Notes: generated by a model from the letters alone, not told the origin. Numbered from the stretch's first letter, positions 44,911 to 54,463 are shown. The stretch is DNA of 64,000 nucleotides from Candidatus Kaiserbacteria bacterium RIFCSPHIGHO2_02_FULL_49_34 (GCA_001781205.1 MFLE01000014.1:26107-90106); one strand, 5' to 3'. Program-made: numbers and translations.

Positions 44911-46752
44911 TTAATCAGAGGTCATGACACGGCTGCCTGCAGATCCATTACAGAAATTATTTCCAACACCACAGGAGACAGCAACGAATATACCTCCACC
45001 ATATGTGACGCCCCTCCAGTTATTTTGAGCGGCTGAGGTTCGAGATGTCCAAGTGATGCCGTCTGGTGAAGTCATGACACGGTTGCCAGCACCAGTACGT
45101 GACACTGCAACAAAGAGGTCTTGTCCATAGGTGACGGATTGCCAGCCATTGTCTGGAGCACTTGTGCTAGTTGTCCAAGTGATGCCGTCTGGTGAAGTCA
45201 TGACACGGTTGCCAGCACCCGTAACAGCAACTGCGACAAAGAGTCCGTTGCCGTAGGTGACGCCGACCCAGCTATTATCTGCAGCACTGGTTTGAGTTGT
45301 CCAGGTGATGCCGTCGGGTGAGGTCATGACGCGATCGCCGGTACCGTTACTAGACACTGCGACAAAGAGTCCGTTGCCGTAGGTGACGGAGCTCCATTGG
45401 TTAGTTGTAGCACTGGTACGGGAAGTCCAAGTGATGCCGTCGGGTGAGGTCATAACACTGTTCACCGTACTGTCGTTAGACACTGCGACAAAGAGTCCGT
45501 TGCCGTAGGTGACGCCGACCCAGCTATTATCTGCAGCACTGGTTTGAGTTGTCCAGGTGATGCCGTCGGGTGAAGTCATGACGCGATCGCCAATACCATT
45601 CCCTGCAACGGCGACGAAGAGACCATTGCCATAGGTGACGGAGCCCCAGGCATTATCTGCAGCGCTGGTTTGGGATGTCCAGGTGATGCCGTCAGGTGAG
45701 GTCATGACGCGGTTGCCGAAGCCTGTGCTTGCAACTGCGACAAAGAGTCCGTTGCCGTAGGTGACAGAGTTCCAGAAGTTATCCGCAGCGGAGACACGAG
45801 ATGTCCACTCAACGCCTGCTTGCGCCTTCGCAATCACCGCAATGGTGTTTGCTCCTGTGCAGGTACCCTTCACTCCACTTGCAGGAATAGCAATGTTCCA
45901 GTAAAGGTTTGCGGAGAGCTCGTTAGATTCGTCGGTACGGAGGAGGATGTTTCGTTTTGCTGAAGCAGGAGTATCGGTAAGAACAATTGATGTGGCATGA
46001 TCGACATCGGTGAGCGCCCACGCCTGTGTTGAAGTAGCGAGTGTACCGAGTGCGCTGCAGCCCATATTCGAACCAGAGAGCTGCACATCAGCCTTTGTGT
46101 TGCCTCGCTGTGTGATGACTGTCTCTACGTTTGTGGTTGATGATGAAACTTCACCAAGTGAACGAGTGCCGTAATCAATAACATCGGGGAGATTGAGAGC
46201 AAGAAGTGAGTTAACTTCTACTGTTGCAGAAAGAGCACCTTGTGTTGACGCAAAATCTTGAACAGTAACATATGCGGTCCAACTATCGCTTGTATAGGCA
46301 CTTGCTGCATCAGTTGCATCAATCCAGTAAGCAAGCGGCACTTCACAGTTGTAGGCGATTTCTGTGTCGGAGCCTTCGGAGTAGTTCGTGGTACAAGAAT
46401 TAATTACGTAGCAGTCGTTGTTGTCGGCGGCGCAGGTGTTGGTACTGCTTGTTTTGTGGAAGACAAGAGCGAGTGTTGATGAAGCAATATCGTTTTCTCC
46501 GTTTGCATCAGAGATTTGTCCGTTGATGTGAATAGTTCTGTCAGTACCGACGTTCGGGAGAATACCTGAGCTTGTTAAATCATCTGTGCCGTACGCGGTT
46601 GTGGCGATACGGATGGTGTCGACGGTTGGTGCAACGTTAATAATTTCTGCAGTGGTTGCGACATCGGCTGCGCCAGTGTAGCGGATGATGATTCCTACGA
46701 TGAGGAGGAATGCGACGACAATCAAGGTGCCGAATATTTTTATATTTGTCAT
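44911..46752 (-). CDS. Membrane-anchored surface protein with 8 tandem ~38-aa Asp-box-like (SPDGITWT) repeats, paralog A
   Basis: N-terminal MTNIKIFGTLIVVAFLLIVGIIIRYTGA anchor; ~300-aa Thr/Ser-rich domain; repeats GNRVMTSPDGITWTsrTSAadNnWxSVTYGNGLFVAVs. The track ORF runs to 46824. Confidence 0.7.
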   Translation of the reverse strand: MTNIKIFGTLIVVAFLLIVGIIIRYTGAADVATTAEIINVAPTVDTIRIATTAYGTDDLTSSGILPNVGTDRTIHINGQISDANGENDIASSTLALVFHKTSSTNTCAADNNDCYVINSCTTNYSEGSDTEIAYNCEVPLAYWIDATDAASAYTSDSWTAYVTVQDFASTQGALSATVEVNSLLALNLPDVIDYGTRSLGEVSSSTTNVETVITQRGNTKADVQLSGSNMGCSALGTLATSTQAWALTDVDHATSIVLTDTPASAKRNILLRTDESNELSANLYWNIAIPASGVKGTCTGANTIAVIAKAQAGVEWTSRVSAADNFWNSVTYGNGLFVAVASTGFGNRVMTSPDGITWTSQTSAADNAWGSVTYGNGLFVAVAGNGIGDRVMTSPDGITWTTQTSAADNSWVGVTYGNGLFVAVSNDSTVNSVMTSPDGITWTSRTSATTNQWSSVTYGNGLFVAVSSNGTGDRVMTSPDGITWTTQTSAADNSWVGVTYGNGLFVAVAVTGAGNRVMTSPDGITWTTSTSAPDNGWQSVTYGQDLFVAVSRTGAGNRVMTSPDGITWTSRTSAAQNNWRGVTYGGGIFVAVSCGVGNNFCNGSAGSRVMTSD

Positions 46753-46760
46753 ATGTGCAT

Positions 46761-46797
46761 AGTATACCTTGATTTGTGAAATCAGATAGTGGACAAC
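46761..46797 (-). promoter_or_regulatory. Promoter of paralog A carrying the shared motif
   Basis: On the coding strand: GTTGTCCAC, 22 nt, TATACT, 8 nt, ATG. Confidence 0.5.
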
Positions 46798-46837
46798 CTC
46801 ACAGGAACTAGCACTACCATTCATGTGTATTAAAAAA

Positions 46838-46864
46838 TCCCCTGGAGCGGGATTTTTGATTAGG
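46838..46864. terminator. Terminator after surface protein gene B
   Basis: aaaaatcccctggagcgggattttt. Confidence 0.7.
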
Positions 46865-46872
46865 CCTTATTA

Positions 46873-48693
46873 TTAATCAGAGGTCATGACGCGGTTGCCG
46901 GTGCCGTTATATGAAACTGCAACAAAGAGTCCGTTATTGTAGGTAACTGAGACCCAACCATTATTTGCGGCGCTGGTACGAGACGTCCAAGTGATGCCGT
47001 CAGGCGAGGTCATGACGCGGTTGCCGGTGCCAGTGTTAGAAACTGCTACGAAGAGGCCGTCGCCGTAGGTAACTGAATTCCAGTTATTGGCAGCAGCACT
47101 CGTGCGGGAGGTCCAAGTGATGCCGTCAGGCGAGGTCATGACGGTATCATTCGTGCCCGTGAAATCAGAAACTGCAACAAAGAGTCCGTTGCCGTAGGTG
47201 ACACTGAGCCAGTTGTTATCTACAGCACTCGTGCGGGAGGTCCAAGTGATGCCGTCTGGTGAAGTCATGACACGGTTACCAGTACCGTTATACGAAACTG
47301 CTACGAAGAGACCGTTGCCGTAGGTGACGGAGCGCCAGTTGATATCTACAGCGTTGACGCGAGACGTCCAAGTGATGCCGTCAGGCGAGGTCATGACGCG
47401 GTTGCCGGTGCCAGAGTCAGAAACTGCTACGAAGAGACCATTACCGTAGGCGACGGAGCGCCAGAAGTTGTCTGCTGCTGAAGTTTGGGATGTCCAAGTG
47501 ATACCGTCTGGTGATGTCATGACGCGGTTACCAGCACCAGAGTCAGAAACTGCTACGAAGAGACCGTTACCGTAGGCGACGGAGTTCCAGCTGTTATTTG
47601 CAGCACTCGTGCGAGACGTCCAAGTGATGCCGTCAGGCGAGGTCATGACGCGGTTGCCGGTGCCAGTGTTAGAAACTGCTACGAAGAGGCCGTCGCCGTA
47701 AGTGACGGAGCGCCAGTTGTTATCTACAGCACTCGTACGAGACGTCCACTCAATACCTGCTTGCAACTTTGCAATCACTGCAATTGTGTTTGCACCAGTA
47801 CATGTCCCCTTCACGCCAGTTGAAGGAATAGCAATGTTCCAGTAAAGGTTTGCGGAGAGCTCGTTAGATTCATCAGTACGAGGTGCAACGTTTCGTTTTG
47901 CAGGAGTGAGTGTTCCTGTAAGTATAGTTGACGAAGCGTGGTTGATATCAGTAAGCGCCCAGGCTTGTGTATTCACAGGTAGCGTACCAAGTATACTACA
48001 GCCCATAACATCACCAGAGACTTGCACATCAGCTCTTGTGTTGCCACGTTGCGTGATGACGGTTTCAATGTTTGTTGTTGATGACGAGACTTCACCAAGT
48101 GAACGAGTGCCATAATCGATAGCATCGGGGAGATTGAGAGCAAGAAGCGAGTTCACCTCGATGGTTGCTTGTAGTGCTCCTGATGTTGAAGTCAAATCAG
48201 CGACGCTGACGTATGCAGTCCAATTGTCACTAGTGAATGCCGACCCTGCATCGGTTGCATCTATCCAGTACGCGAGCGGTACTTCACAGTTGTAGGCAAT
48301 CTGTGTGTCATCGCCGTCGGCGTAATTTGTATTGCAGGTTGTAATGCGATAGCAGTCGTTGTTGTCGGCGGCACACGCACCTGTTGCTGAGGTTTTATGA
48401 AAAACGAGACTGATAGTGCTTGAGGCAATGTCATTTTCTCCGTTTGCGTCGCTCATGACACCATTGATATGAATGGTTCTATCGGTACCTACGTTCGGGA
48501 GAATACCTGAGCTTGTTAAATCATCTGTGCCATACGCAGTGGTTGCAAAACGAATCGTATCAACGGTTGGTGCGGTATTCTGAATTTCTGCAGTTGTTGC
48601 GACATCGGCTGCGCCGGTGTAGCGGATGACGATTCCTACGATGAGGAGGAATGTGACGGCGACGAGTGTGCCGAATATTTTTATATTTGTCAT
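46873..48693 (-). CDS. Membrane-anchored surface protein with 8 tandem Asp-box-like repeats, paralog B
   Basis: Near-identical N-terminus and architecture to paralog A, indicating a tandem duplication. The track ORF runs to 48762. Confidence 0.7.
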   Translation of the reverse strand: MTNIKIFGTLVAVTFLLIVGIVIRYTGAADVATTAEIQNTAPTVDTIRFATTAYGTDDLTSSGILPNVGTDRTIHINGVMSDANGENDIASSTISLVFHKTSATGACAADNNDCYRITTCNTNYADGDDTQIAYNCEVPLAYWIDATDAGSAFTSDNWTAYVSVADLTSTSGALQATIEVNSLLALNLPDAIDYGTRSLGEVSSSTTNIETVITQRGNTRADVQVSGDVMGCSILGTLPVNTQAWALTDINHASSTILTGTLTPAKRNVAPRTDESNELSANLYWNIAIPSTGVKGTCTGANTIAVIAKLQAGIEWTSRTSAVDNNWRSVTYGDGLFVAVSNTGTGNRVMTSPDGITWTSRTSAANNSWNSVAYGNGLFVAVSDSGAGNRVMTSPDGITWTSQTSAADNFWRSVAYGNGLFVAVSDSGTGNRVMTSPDGITWTSRVNAVDINWRSVTYGNGLFVAVSYNGTGNRVMTSPDGITWTSRTSAVDNNWLSVTYGNGLFVAVSDFTGTNDTVMTSPDGITWTSRTSAAANNWNSVTYGDGLFVAVSNTGTGNRVMTSPDGITWTSRTSAANNGWVSVTYNNGLFVAVSYNGTGNRVMTSD

Positions 48694-48701
48694 ATATGCA
48701 T

Positions 48702-48739
48702 AGTATATCTCCACTTTGCGAAAACACGAAGTGGATAAC
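48702..48739 (-). promoter_or_regulatory. Promoter of paralog B carrying the shared motif
   Basis: On the coding strand: GTTATCCAC, 23 nt, TATACT, 8 nt, ATG. Confidence 0.5.
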
Positions 48740-48789
48740 GCTTGGTTTGACAGACTCACCACAAGTCGCTTCTTTCTTCACGGGTACTT

Positions 48790-48818
48790 TTGCATTCTAA
48801 TTTTCAAACAGGTATACT
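48790..48818 (+). promoter_or_regulatory. lepB promoter (leaderless)
   Basis: TTGCAT, 17 nt, TATACT, 6 nt, ATG 48825. Confidence 0.55.
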
Positions 48819-48824
48819 GCCTAC

Positions 48825-49424
48825 ATGGAGAATGTTGTACACAATGCGCCGCAATCGGCGCGCCGTGAGTCTTTTGGCGAAACGGCTCGCTTCGTCGCGA
48901 CAGCGATTATTGCGATTGTGCTCATTCGCACGTTTCTTGCGTCACCGTTCATCGTCGAAGGCGCGTCGATGGACGCGACCTTCCACGATAACGACTACCT
49001 TATTGTTGATAAACTTTCCTACCGCTTTATTGAACCACAGCGTGGCGATATTGTCGTCTTCCGCTACCCACACAATCCTTCAATCCATCACATCAAGCGC
49101 ATTGTTGGTATGCCTGGCGACACCATTTCCGTACACGATGGCAAGGTCACTGTTTCGAACGTACAATTTAAGGATGCTACCTTTGAGGAGACCTACGTGT
49201 TGCCTGGCAACAATCTCATGCTACTGAGCGATAGTCGCACGCTTGGCGAGAATGAATATTATTTCATGGGCGACAATCGCGACAACAGTCTCGACTCGCG
49301 CCGATATGGTGCGGTTTCGGGTGATTTTATTTCAGGACGTGTCGTGCTACGCCTCTTCCCTTTCGACATGGTAGGACTCTTCCCTGGTCGTGTTACACAC
49401 TACACGCTAACAACCTCACAATAA
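48825..49424 (+). CDS. lepB: Signal peptidase I
   Basis: GASMDATF (Ser box), KRIVGMPGDT, GDNRDNSLDSR. Confidence 0.85.
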   Translation: MENVVHNAPQSARRESFGETARFVATAIIAIVLIRTFLASPFIVEGASMDATFHDNDYLIVDKLSYRFIEPQRGDIVVFRYPHNPSIHHIKRIVGMPGDTISVHDGKVTVSNVQFKDATFEETYVLPGNNLMLLSDSRTLGENEYYFMGDNRDNSLDSRRYGAVSGDFISGRVVLRLFPFDMVGLFPGRVTHYTLTTSQ

Positions 49425-49425
49425 A

Positions 49426-50583
49426 ATGCCTATGACAAAAGCACAAGTTGTAAATCTTACGGGGCACGTGAATGCCGTCGCGCAGCACTTCGATTTCTTG
49501 CCGATTGCGGAGCACTGCGCTCGCGCTGCAGCCTTCCCCTCGCAAAAAGCACGTGCACCAAAACGCCCCACCGACCTTCCTGAGCACCCGCGATATCGCA
49601 CACTCGTCAAAGGCATTCACGACCTGTACACGCACGAGCTCAACGGCCGTCGTGGCAACCACCTCTTTTACACCTTCGATGACGCAGGCCGAGACGGCGT
49701 TACCATCACCTTCCATGCCATCGACACGACACACACGTTTGCCGACCCGCTTCTTATCCAAGTCGCCCGGTCACTCCTCTCGCAACTTGGCTATGAGCAC
49801 CGTATTCGTATCAATATGATTGGTGACAGCGAGGCAAAGCGACGTTTTATAAAAGAGCTCGCTGATTACTTTAAACGTAGTGGCTCACAAATCCCTGAAT
49901 CCATCAGAAGTATCAGCACGAAGGATGTGCTCACGGCATACCGCGCACTTCTCGCGACAAACGATGATGCAGCATACACAAGCCCCGTCTCAATCAATCA
50001 CCTTAATGAGAAAAGTCGTCGTTCGCTTCGAGAAACGCTTGATTATCTTGATTTGAGCGAGACACCATACGAGATTGACCCGCGCCTCACCGGAGATTAC
50101 GACTACCACTCAGGCTTCCTCTTCACCGTCGACGTAGCACCAACAAGGGAAACGATTACGTCCCCTTGCTCAGTCATCGGCGGCAGCTACGACGACTACG
50201 CACACAAACATCATGATGATCGCCACTCCTGTGCAAGTGTCACGTTTCGATTTACCAACCATACCGAAAAGCCACTTCCTCAAAAGAGCACGAACGGAAC
50301 TACCGTTGCCCTCGCAGCAATCGGTGCCACCCCAAAACTCTACAGTTACGGCATTCTCGACACCCTCCTTGCAGCAGGCATATCAGCGCACCACAACCCC
50401 ATCTCCCTGTCACTGAGCGATCAGCTGCGTCATGCACAGAAGAACAATGTCGACATTATCCTCATCGCCGGCACCCATGAAGCAAATCGAAAAGAAGTCA
50501 TCATACGTGACGTTCGCAAAGAAAAGCAAACAACCATTCCACTTGAAAAGCTCATAAAAGCGCTAAATAGCTGTACCTCATAA
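49426..50583 (+). CDS. Histidyl-tRNA synthetase-like class II paralog with a deleted motif-2 loop
   Basis: Aligns to HisRS (YTFDDAGRDGVTI ~ YTFEDRNGDSLTL; IGGSYDD ~ GGRYDGL; C-terminal DIILIAGTHEANRKEVIIRDV is anticodon-binding-like), but the FRxE...GRxRQF motif-2 segment is missing. Confidence 0.5.
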   Translation: MPMTKAQVVNLTGHVNAVAQHFDFLPIAEHCARAAAFPSQKARAPKRPTDLPEHPRYRTLVKGIHDLYTHELNGRRGNHLFYTFDDAGRDGVTITFHAIDTTHTFADPLLIQVARSLLSQLGYEHRIRINMIGDSEAKRRFIKELADYFKRSGSQIPESIRSISTKDVLTAYRALLATNDDAAYTSPVSINHLNEKSRRSLRETLDYLDLSETPYEIDPRLTGDYDYHSGFLFTVDVAPTRETITSPCSVIGGSYDDYAHKHHDDRHSCASVTFRFTNHTEKPLPQKSTNGTTVALAAIGATPKLYSYGILDTLLAAGISAHHNPISLSLSDQLRHAQKNNVDIILIAGTHEANRKEVIIRDVRKEKQTTIPLEKLIKALNSCTS

Positions 50584-50595
50584 TGTTCTCCAAAA

Positions 50596-50618
50596 CGCCC
50601 ACGGGCGTTTTATTATGC
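50596..50618 (+). terminator. Terminator
   Basis: aaaacgcccacgggcgtttt. Confidence 0.65.
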
Positions 50619-50643
50619 CACTAGTTTGGGGCGGGCATAGGTA

Positions 50644-50672
50644 TTGCTTTTTGACGTCTGGTCTGGTAGAGT
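50644..50672 (+). promoter_or_regulatory. rpsU promoter (leaderless)
   Basis: TTGCTT, 17 nt, TAGAGT, 9 nt, ATG 50682. Confidence 0.5.
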
Positions 50673-50681
50673 ACGCGCACT

Positions 50682-50924
50682 ATGGCAGTCAATATTCAAG
50701 TTGAAAAACATTCAGGCGAAAGCACCGCAAACATTTTGCGTCGTTTTAGCAAGCGCGCAAAGCAGTCTGGCATTGTTCAGCGCATGCGTGGCATCCGCTA
50801 CTATGTTCGCGAGAAGTCAGAGAACGTGAACCGTTTCTCAAAGCTTCGCAAAATCGCACGCACCGAGCAGTTCGAAAAGGACTACAAGCTCGGCAAGGTA
50901 GACAAAGGCTTCGTAAAGAAGTAG
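50682..50924 (+). CDS. rpsU: 30S ribosomal protein S21
   Basis: LRRFSKRAKQSGIVQRMRGIRYYVREKS aligns with the S21 consensus LRRFKR..GV....RRREFYEKP. Confidence 0.65.
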   Translation: MAVNIQVEKHSGESTANILRRFSKRAKQSGIVQRMRGIRYYVREKSENVNRFSKLRKIARTEQFEKDYKLGKVDKGFVKK

Positions 50925-50977
50925 GGATTCAATCAAAATTGAGTGAATCTTAAAAATCACCTTGCGGTGATTTTTTG

Positions 50978-51403
50978 CTATTGTATTGCGCCTGATGCTG
51001 TTATGTTTATCGAGGTGCTCGCTTGCGATGATGAGAGTGTAATGGTTACCGGATTGCTCGCTCCACTGATTGACTGGAACATAATTATCCCTGGAGTTGC
51101 AGCAATGCCTGTTGGCAACTGTTCGCTGGCTATTGTTGTGGTTGCGCCGTCTATAACCTTAAGCGATGTGTATGCGGTCGGGGTGATTTCAAGCCCAAAT
51201 ACTGCGCGGTCTTCACCAGAACGTGCACGTGAACGCACTGTTGCAAGCTCTGTGCGAATCTGCTGCGCAACAAGCTGTATATCCCCTTCGCTACCGCTTC
51301 GCGGTAGCATAACAAATACCGTACTTGCAAGAAGCCCAAGGAGTGCAATCACCAAGAGCATTTCAAGGAGGGAGAACCCACGATTTTTTGAATAAGTTTT
51401 CAT
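50978..51403 (-). CDS. Type IV pseudopilin / minor pilin
   Basis: RGFSLLEMLLVIALLGLLAS prepilin N-terminus. Confidence 0.75.
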   Translation of the reverse strand: MKTYSKNRGFSLLEMLLVIALLGLLASTVFVMLPRSGSEGDIQLVAQQIRTELATVRSRARSGEDRAVFGLEITPTAYTSLKVIDGATTTIASEQLPTGIAATPGIIMFQSISGASNPVTITLSSSQASTSINITASGAIQ

Positions 51404-51405
51404 AC

Positions 51406-52632
51406 CTAACGAACGGCACCCACAAGCTGATAAATCGGCAAGAGTACCGCAAGCGCAATCGCACCTACCACGAGTCCGAGAATAACAAGCATGATTGGCT
51501 CAATCAGTGAGGTAAGTCGCTTAAGACGCTCGTCAATGTCTCGTTCGTAGAAGTCAGCGACGGACTTGAGTGTATCGGCAAGCTTACCCGTGCGTTCACC
51601 AATCGCGAGAAGTCCAATAAAGAGCTTCGGGAAATACTGCGACTCTGCACTAAATGCGGTTGCAATTGGCTGCCCCGCCATCACTGCGTCTTTGATACGG
51701 AGGAGTGCTGCATTATATACTGCATTGCCACCTGCACGCCCGGCGAGCGTAAGTGCATCGAGGATACTCACACCACTTGGCAACAGCGTGGCGAGTGTAC
51801 GGGTAATACGTACGGTGATGGTTTTGCGAACAATATCCTTCGTGAGCGGCGCACGGACAGCGACCGTGTCGAATACATGACGCCCTCGGTCTGTTTTTAA
51901 AGCCCAGACAATCGTCGCAATGAGTGCAACGAGCACCACAGCATCGAGTGTGTAGCTGTACGTGAGTGTGTCAGAAATGCTTACCAGAAGACGTGTAATG
52001 AAGGGGAGCTCAACTTGCGCATCGGTGAAAATCCTTGAGAGACGCGGCACCATAAACACAATAACCAGGAGTGATACAAGAATCGAACCTGTCACCACCA
52101 CGAGCGGATACATGAGCGCCGAGCGCACTTTGCCGCGAAATTCATGCGAACGCTCGACATAATCAGCAAAGAGCATGAGTGTTTGATCAAGCTGTCCAGA
52201 ACGTTCACCTGCCTCGAGCATACCGAGAAACATCGGTGGGAAATGCTTTTCATACGGACGAAACGCTGCGGTGAACGAGCTGCCGCCACGAATAGAGGTA
52301 AGCACCGCACGGAGCATATCTTGCGTGATGTGCTTTTCGGTATCTTCGATAATAAGCGCAAGCGCTTCCGTTGCTGGCACACCCATACGAAGTGAGGTGG
52401 CAAGGTTTCGTGCAAAAAAGAGAACATCTTCAAGCTCAATGCGTTCAAAAAGGCGAATATCGGAAAGTCCGCGCGCATGTGCATCCTCTTCGATATTCAT
52501 CGGCTTAAGCCCTTTGCTCAAAATATGGTCAAGCACTTCCCCACGCCCCTTTGCAGAAAACACCCCTTTCACCAAAACACCCGCAGCATCATAGGCGGTG
52601 TAGTTATAGATGGTGAGTTGTTTCTTTTTCAT
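51406..52632 (-). CDS. pilC: Type IV pilus / T2SS platform protein PilC/GspF
   Basis: Two GspF repeats; typical three-TM topology. Confidence 0.85.
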   Translation of the reverse strand: MKKKQLTIYNYTAYDAAGVLVKGVFSAKGRGEVLDHILSKGLKPMNIEEDAHARGLSDIRLFERIELEDVLFFARNLATSLRMGVPATEALALIIEDTEKHITQDMLRAVLTSIRGGSSFTAAFRPYEKHFPPMFLGMLEAGERSGQLDQTLMLFADYVERSHEFRGKVRSALMYPLVVVTGSILVSLLVIVFMVPRLSRIFTDAQVELPFITRLLVSISDTLTYSYTLDAVVLVALIATIVWALKTDRGRHVFDTVAVRAPLTKDIVRKTITVRITRTLATLLPSGVSILDALTLAGRAGGNAVYNAALLRIKDAVMAGQPIATAFSAESQYFPKLFIGLLAIGERTGKLADTLKSVADFYERDIDERLKRLTSLIEPIMLVILGLVVGAIALAVLLPIYQLVGAVR

Positions 52633-52670
52633 AGTTGTGTTTTAGGAACACGTAATCTAAACCGAGTGTA

Positions 52671-52790
52671 ATTCTTTCAAAATTGAGTGCAGTTGTGCTG
52701 ACTGGAGGGAGCGAGTGACTGAGCCGTACCTAAGTACGGTGAAGAAATGAGTGACTGAAGTCAGTACAAATGTGCCAATTTTGGAAGAAT
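52671..52790. repeat. MITE-like repeat, family 2, copy 2 (abuts the pilB stop codon)
   Basis: attctttcaaaattgag ... ccaattttggaagaat TIRs (14/16 match); core gccGTACCtaaGTACggtga. Confidence 0.75.
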
Positions 52791-54463
52791 TACTCTTGGA
52801 CTACACGTAGGACTTCCTCAATCGTCGTAACCCCCCTCTCGACTTTCTGCAATCCATCTTCAAACATTGTTGTCATACCGCCTTTAATTGCTTGTTTACG
52901 AATGACTGCAGCACCTGTTTGTTTCTGGGCAAGTTCGCGGAGCTCGTCATTCATTGCCATAATTTCAAAGACCGCAACCTGTCCAAGGAACCCACTGCCG
53001 CCACAGACAGAACATCCTTTGCCGCGATATAGAGTTTCGGGAACCGTTTTAATATGGGTATCTCCAAGCGCCTTTTTCTGTGCGGTTATCGCGCGTTTAA
53101 TTTCGGGAGAGATTTTATACGAATAAATACAGGTTGGGCAAATTTTACGTACCAGTCGTTGCGCGACAACCGCATTTATCGTCGACGCAAGCAGGAATGG
53201 CTCGACACCCATATCAACAAGTCGAGGCAGTGCTGACGGCGCGTCGTTGGTGTGGAGTGACGAGAGCACGAGATGTCCGGTAAGCGCAGCATGCACGGCA
53301 ATATCAGCAGTCTCTTCGTCGCGGATTTCTCCCACCATGATAATGTCAGGGTTTTGACGCAAGAGTGAACGGAGTCCGTTAGCAAAGGTAATGCCAGCGC
53401 GCGCGTTGACCTGTGTTTGGTTCACGTGGGGAAATTCATACTCGATAGGATCTTCGATGGTGGTAATATTTACCTTTGGAGAATTAAGTTTATGCAAGAT
53501 AGCATAGAGGGTAGTGGTTTTACCGTGCCCCGTTGGTCCGGTGACCAAAATCATGCCGTGTGGTTTATGTACTTCTGCCTCAAGAAGTGCTTCTTGCACG
53601 GGTGCGAGACCAATGTCGCGGAACGTGATAGGGCGCGATGTTGATCGAAGCAAGCGCATTTCTGCCTTTTCACCATGAAGCACCGGCATAATGTTCACGC
53701 GAATATCAATAGTGCCTGCGGCGTCAGCATTTGCACGGAAACGTCCATCTTGCGGCGCATTATGTTCATCAACTTGGAGGTTGGCGATAACTTTGATACG
53801 TGCAACCAGTGGTGCAGAAAATGATTTCGGAAACGAGGCGATTTCTTGCATAATACCGTCGATACGGGCACGTACTACAAGCATGTTTTCGAGAGGCTCG
53901 ACATGAAGGTCGCTCGCACCAAGTGTAATAGCGTGCTCGAGCAACGCATCGAGTGTTTCAATAATTGACGCACTTTCGCCATCTTGCGCCTCGACTGCAG
54001 CACGATGTGCGTCGAACACAACTCCCTGTGCCGCGCGGTATTTTTTGAGCGCATACGCCACGGATGACATCGTCACCACGGCCGCATTTACCCACTTCCC
54101 TGTCATTGCGCGAACTTCGGCAATGGTATCCGCATCACCCGGGTCAACCATACCGAGCGTCACGGTCGTGTCGTCTTCGGCAGTAATGAATACTCTGTGC
54201 GTTTTAATAAAAGCTTGGGGCAAACGCATGAGCGCGTCGTCCTCTGTCTCGCTTCGCTTTGCATCAAAAATTGGCACTTCGTAGTATGTGGCAAGCACTT
54301 CAGCAAGGTGTGCTTCTGAAATTTTACCCAATGAAATAAGAGTATCAAACGGCGACTTCCCTTGCTTTTTCGCTTCATCACGAGCGAGAGAAAGATCATC
54401 CTTCGTAACAAGTCCCGATGCAATAAAAAGAGAGTCGAATGTTTCTTGAGAAAGGTGCATATG
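52790..54463 (-). CDS. pilB: Type IV pilus assembly ATPase PilB/GspE
   Basis: GSPII_E N-domain; Walker A VTGPTGHGKTTTLYA; Asp/His boxes. Start set to ATG 54463 with TATACT 8 nt upstream. The track ORF runs to 54532. Confidence 0.85.
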   Translation of the reverse strand, partial: HMHLSQETFDSLFIASGLVTKDDLSLARDEAKKQGKSPFDTLISLGKISEAHLAEVLATYYEVPIFDAKRSETEDDALMRLPQAFIKTHRVFITAEDDTTVTLGMVDPGDADTIAEVRAMTGKWVNAAVVTMSSVAYALKKYRAAQGVVFDAHRAAVEAQDGESASIIETLDALLEHAITLGASDLHVEPLENMLVVRARIDGIMQEIASFPKSFSAPLVARIKVIANLQVDEHNAPQDGRFRANADAAGTIDIRVNIMPVLHGEKAEMRLLRSTSRPITFRDIGLAPVQEALLEAEVHKPHGMILVTGPTGHGKTTTLYAILHKLNSPKVNITTIEDPIEYEFPHVNQTQVNARAGITFANGLRSLLRQNPDIIMVGEIRDEETADIAVHAALTGHLVLSSLHTNDAPSALPRLVDMGVEPFLLASTINAVVAQRLVRKICPTCIYSYKISPEIKRAITAQKKALGDTHIKTVPETLYRGKGCSVCGGSGFLGQVAVFEIMAMNDELRELAQKQTGAAVIRKQAIKGGMTTMFEDGLQKVERGVTTIEEVLRVVQE

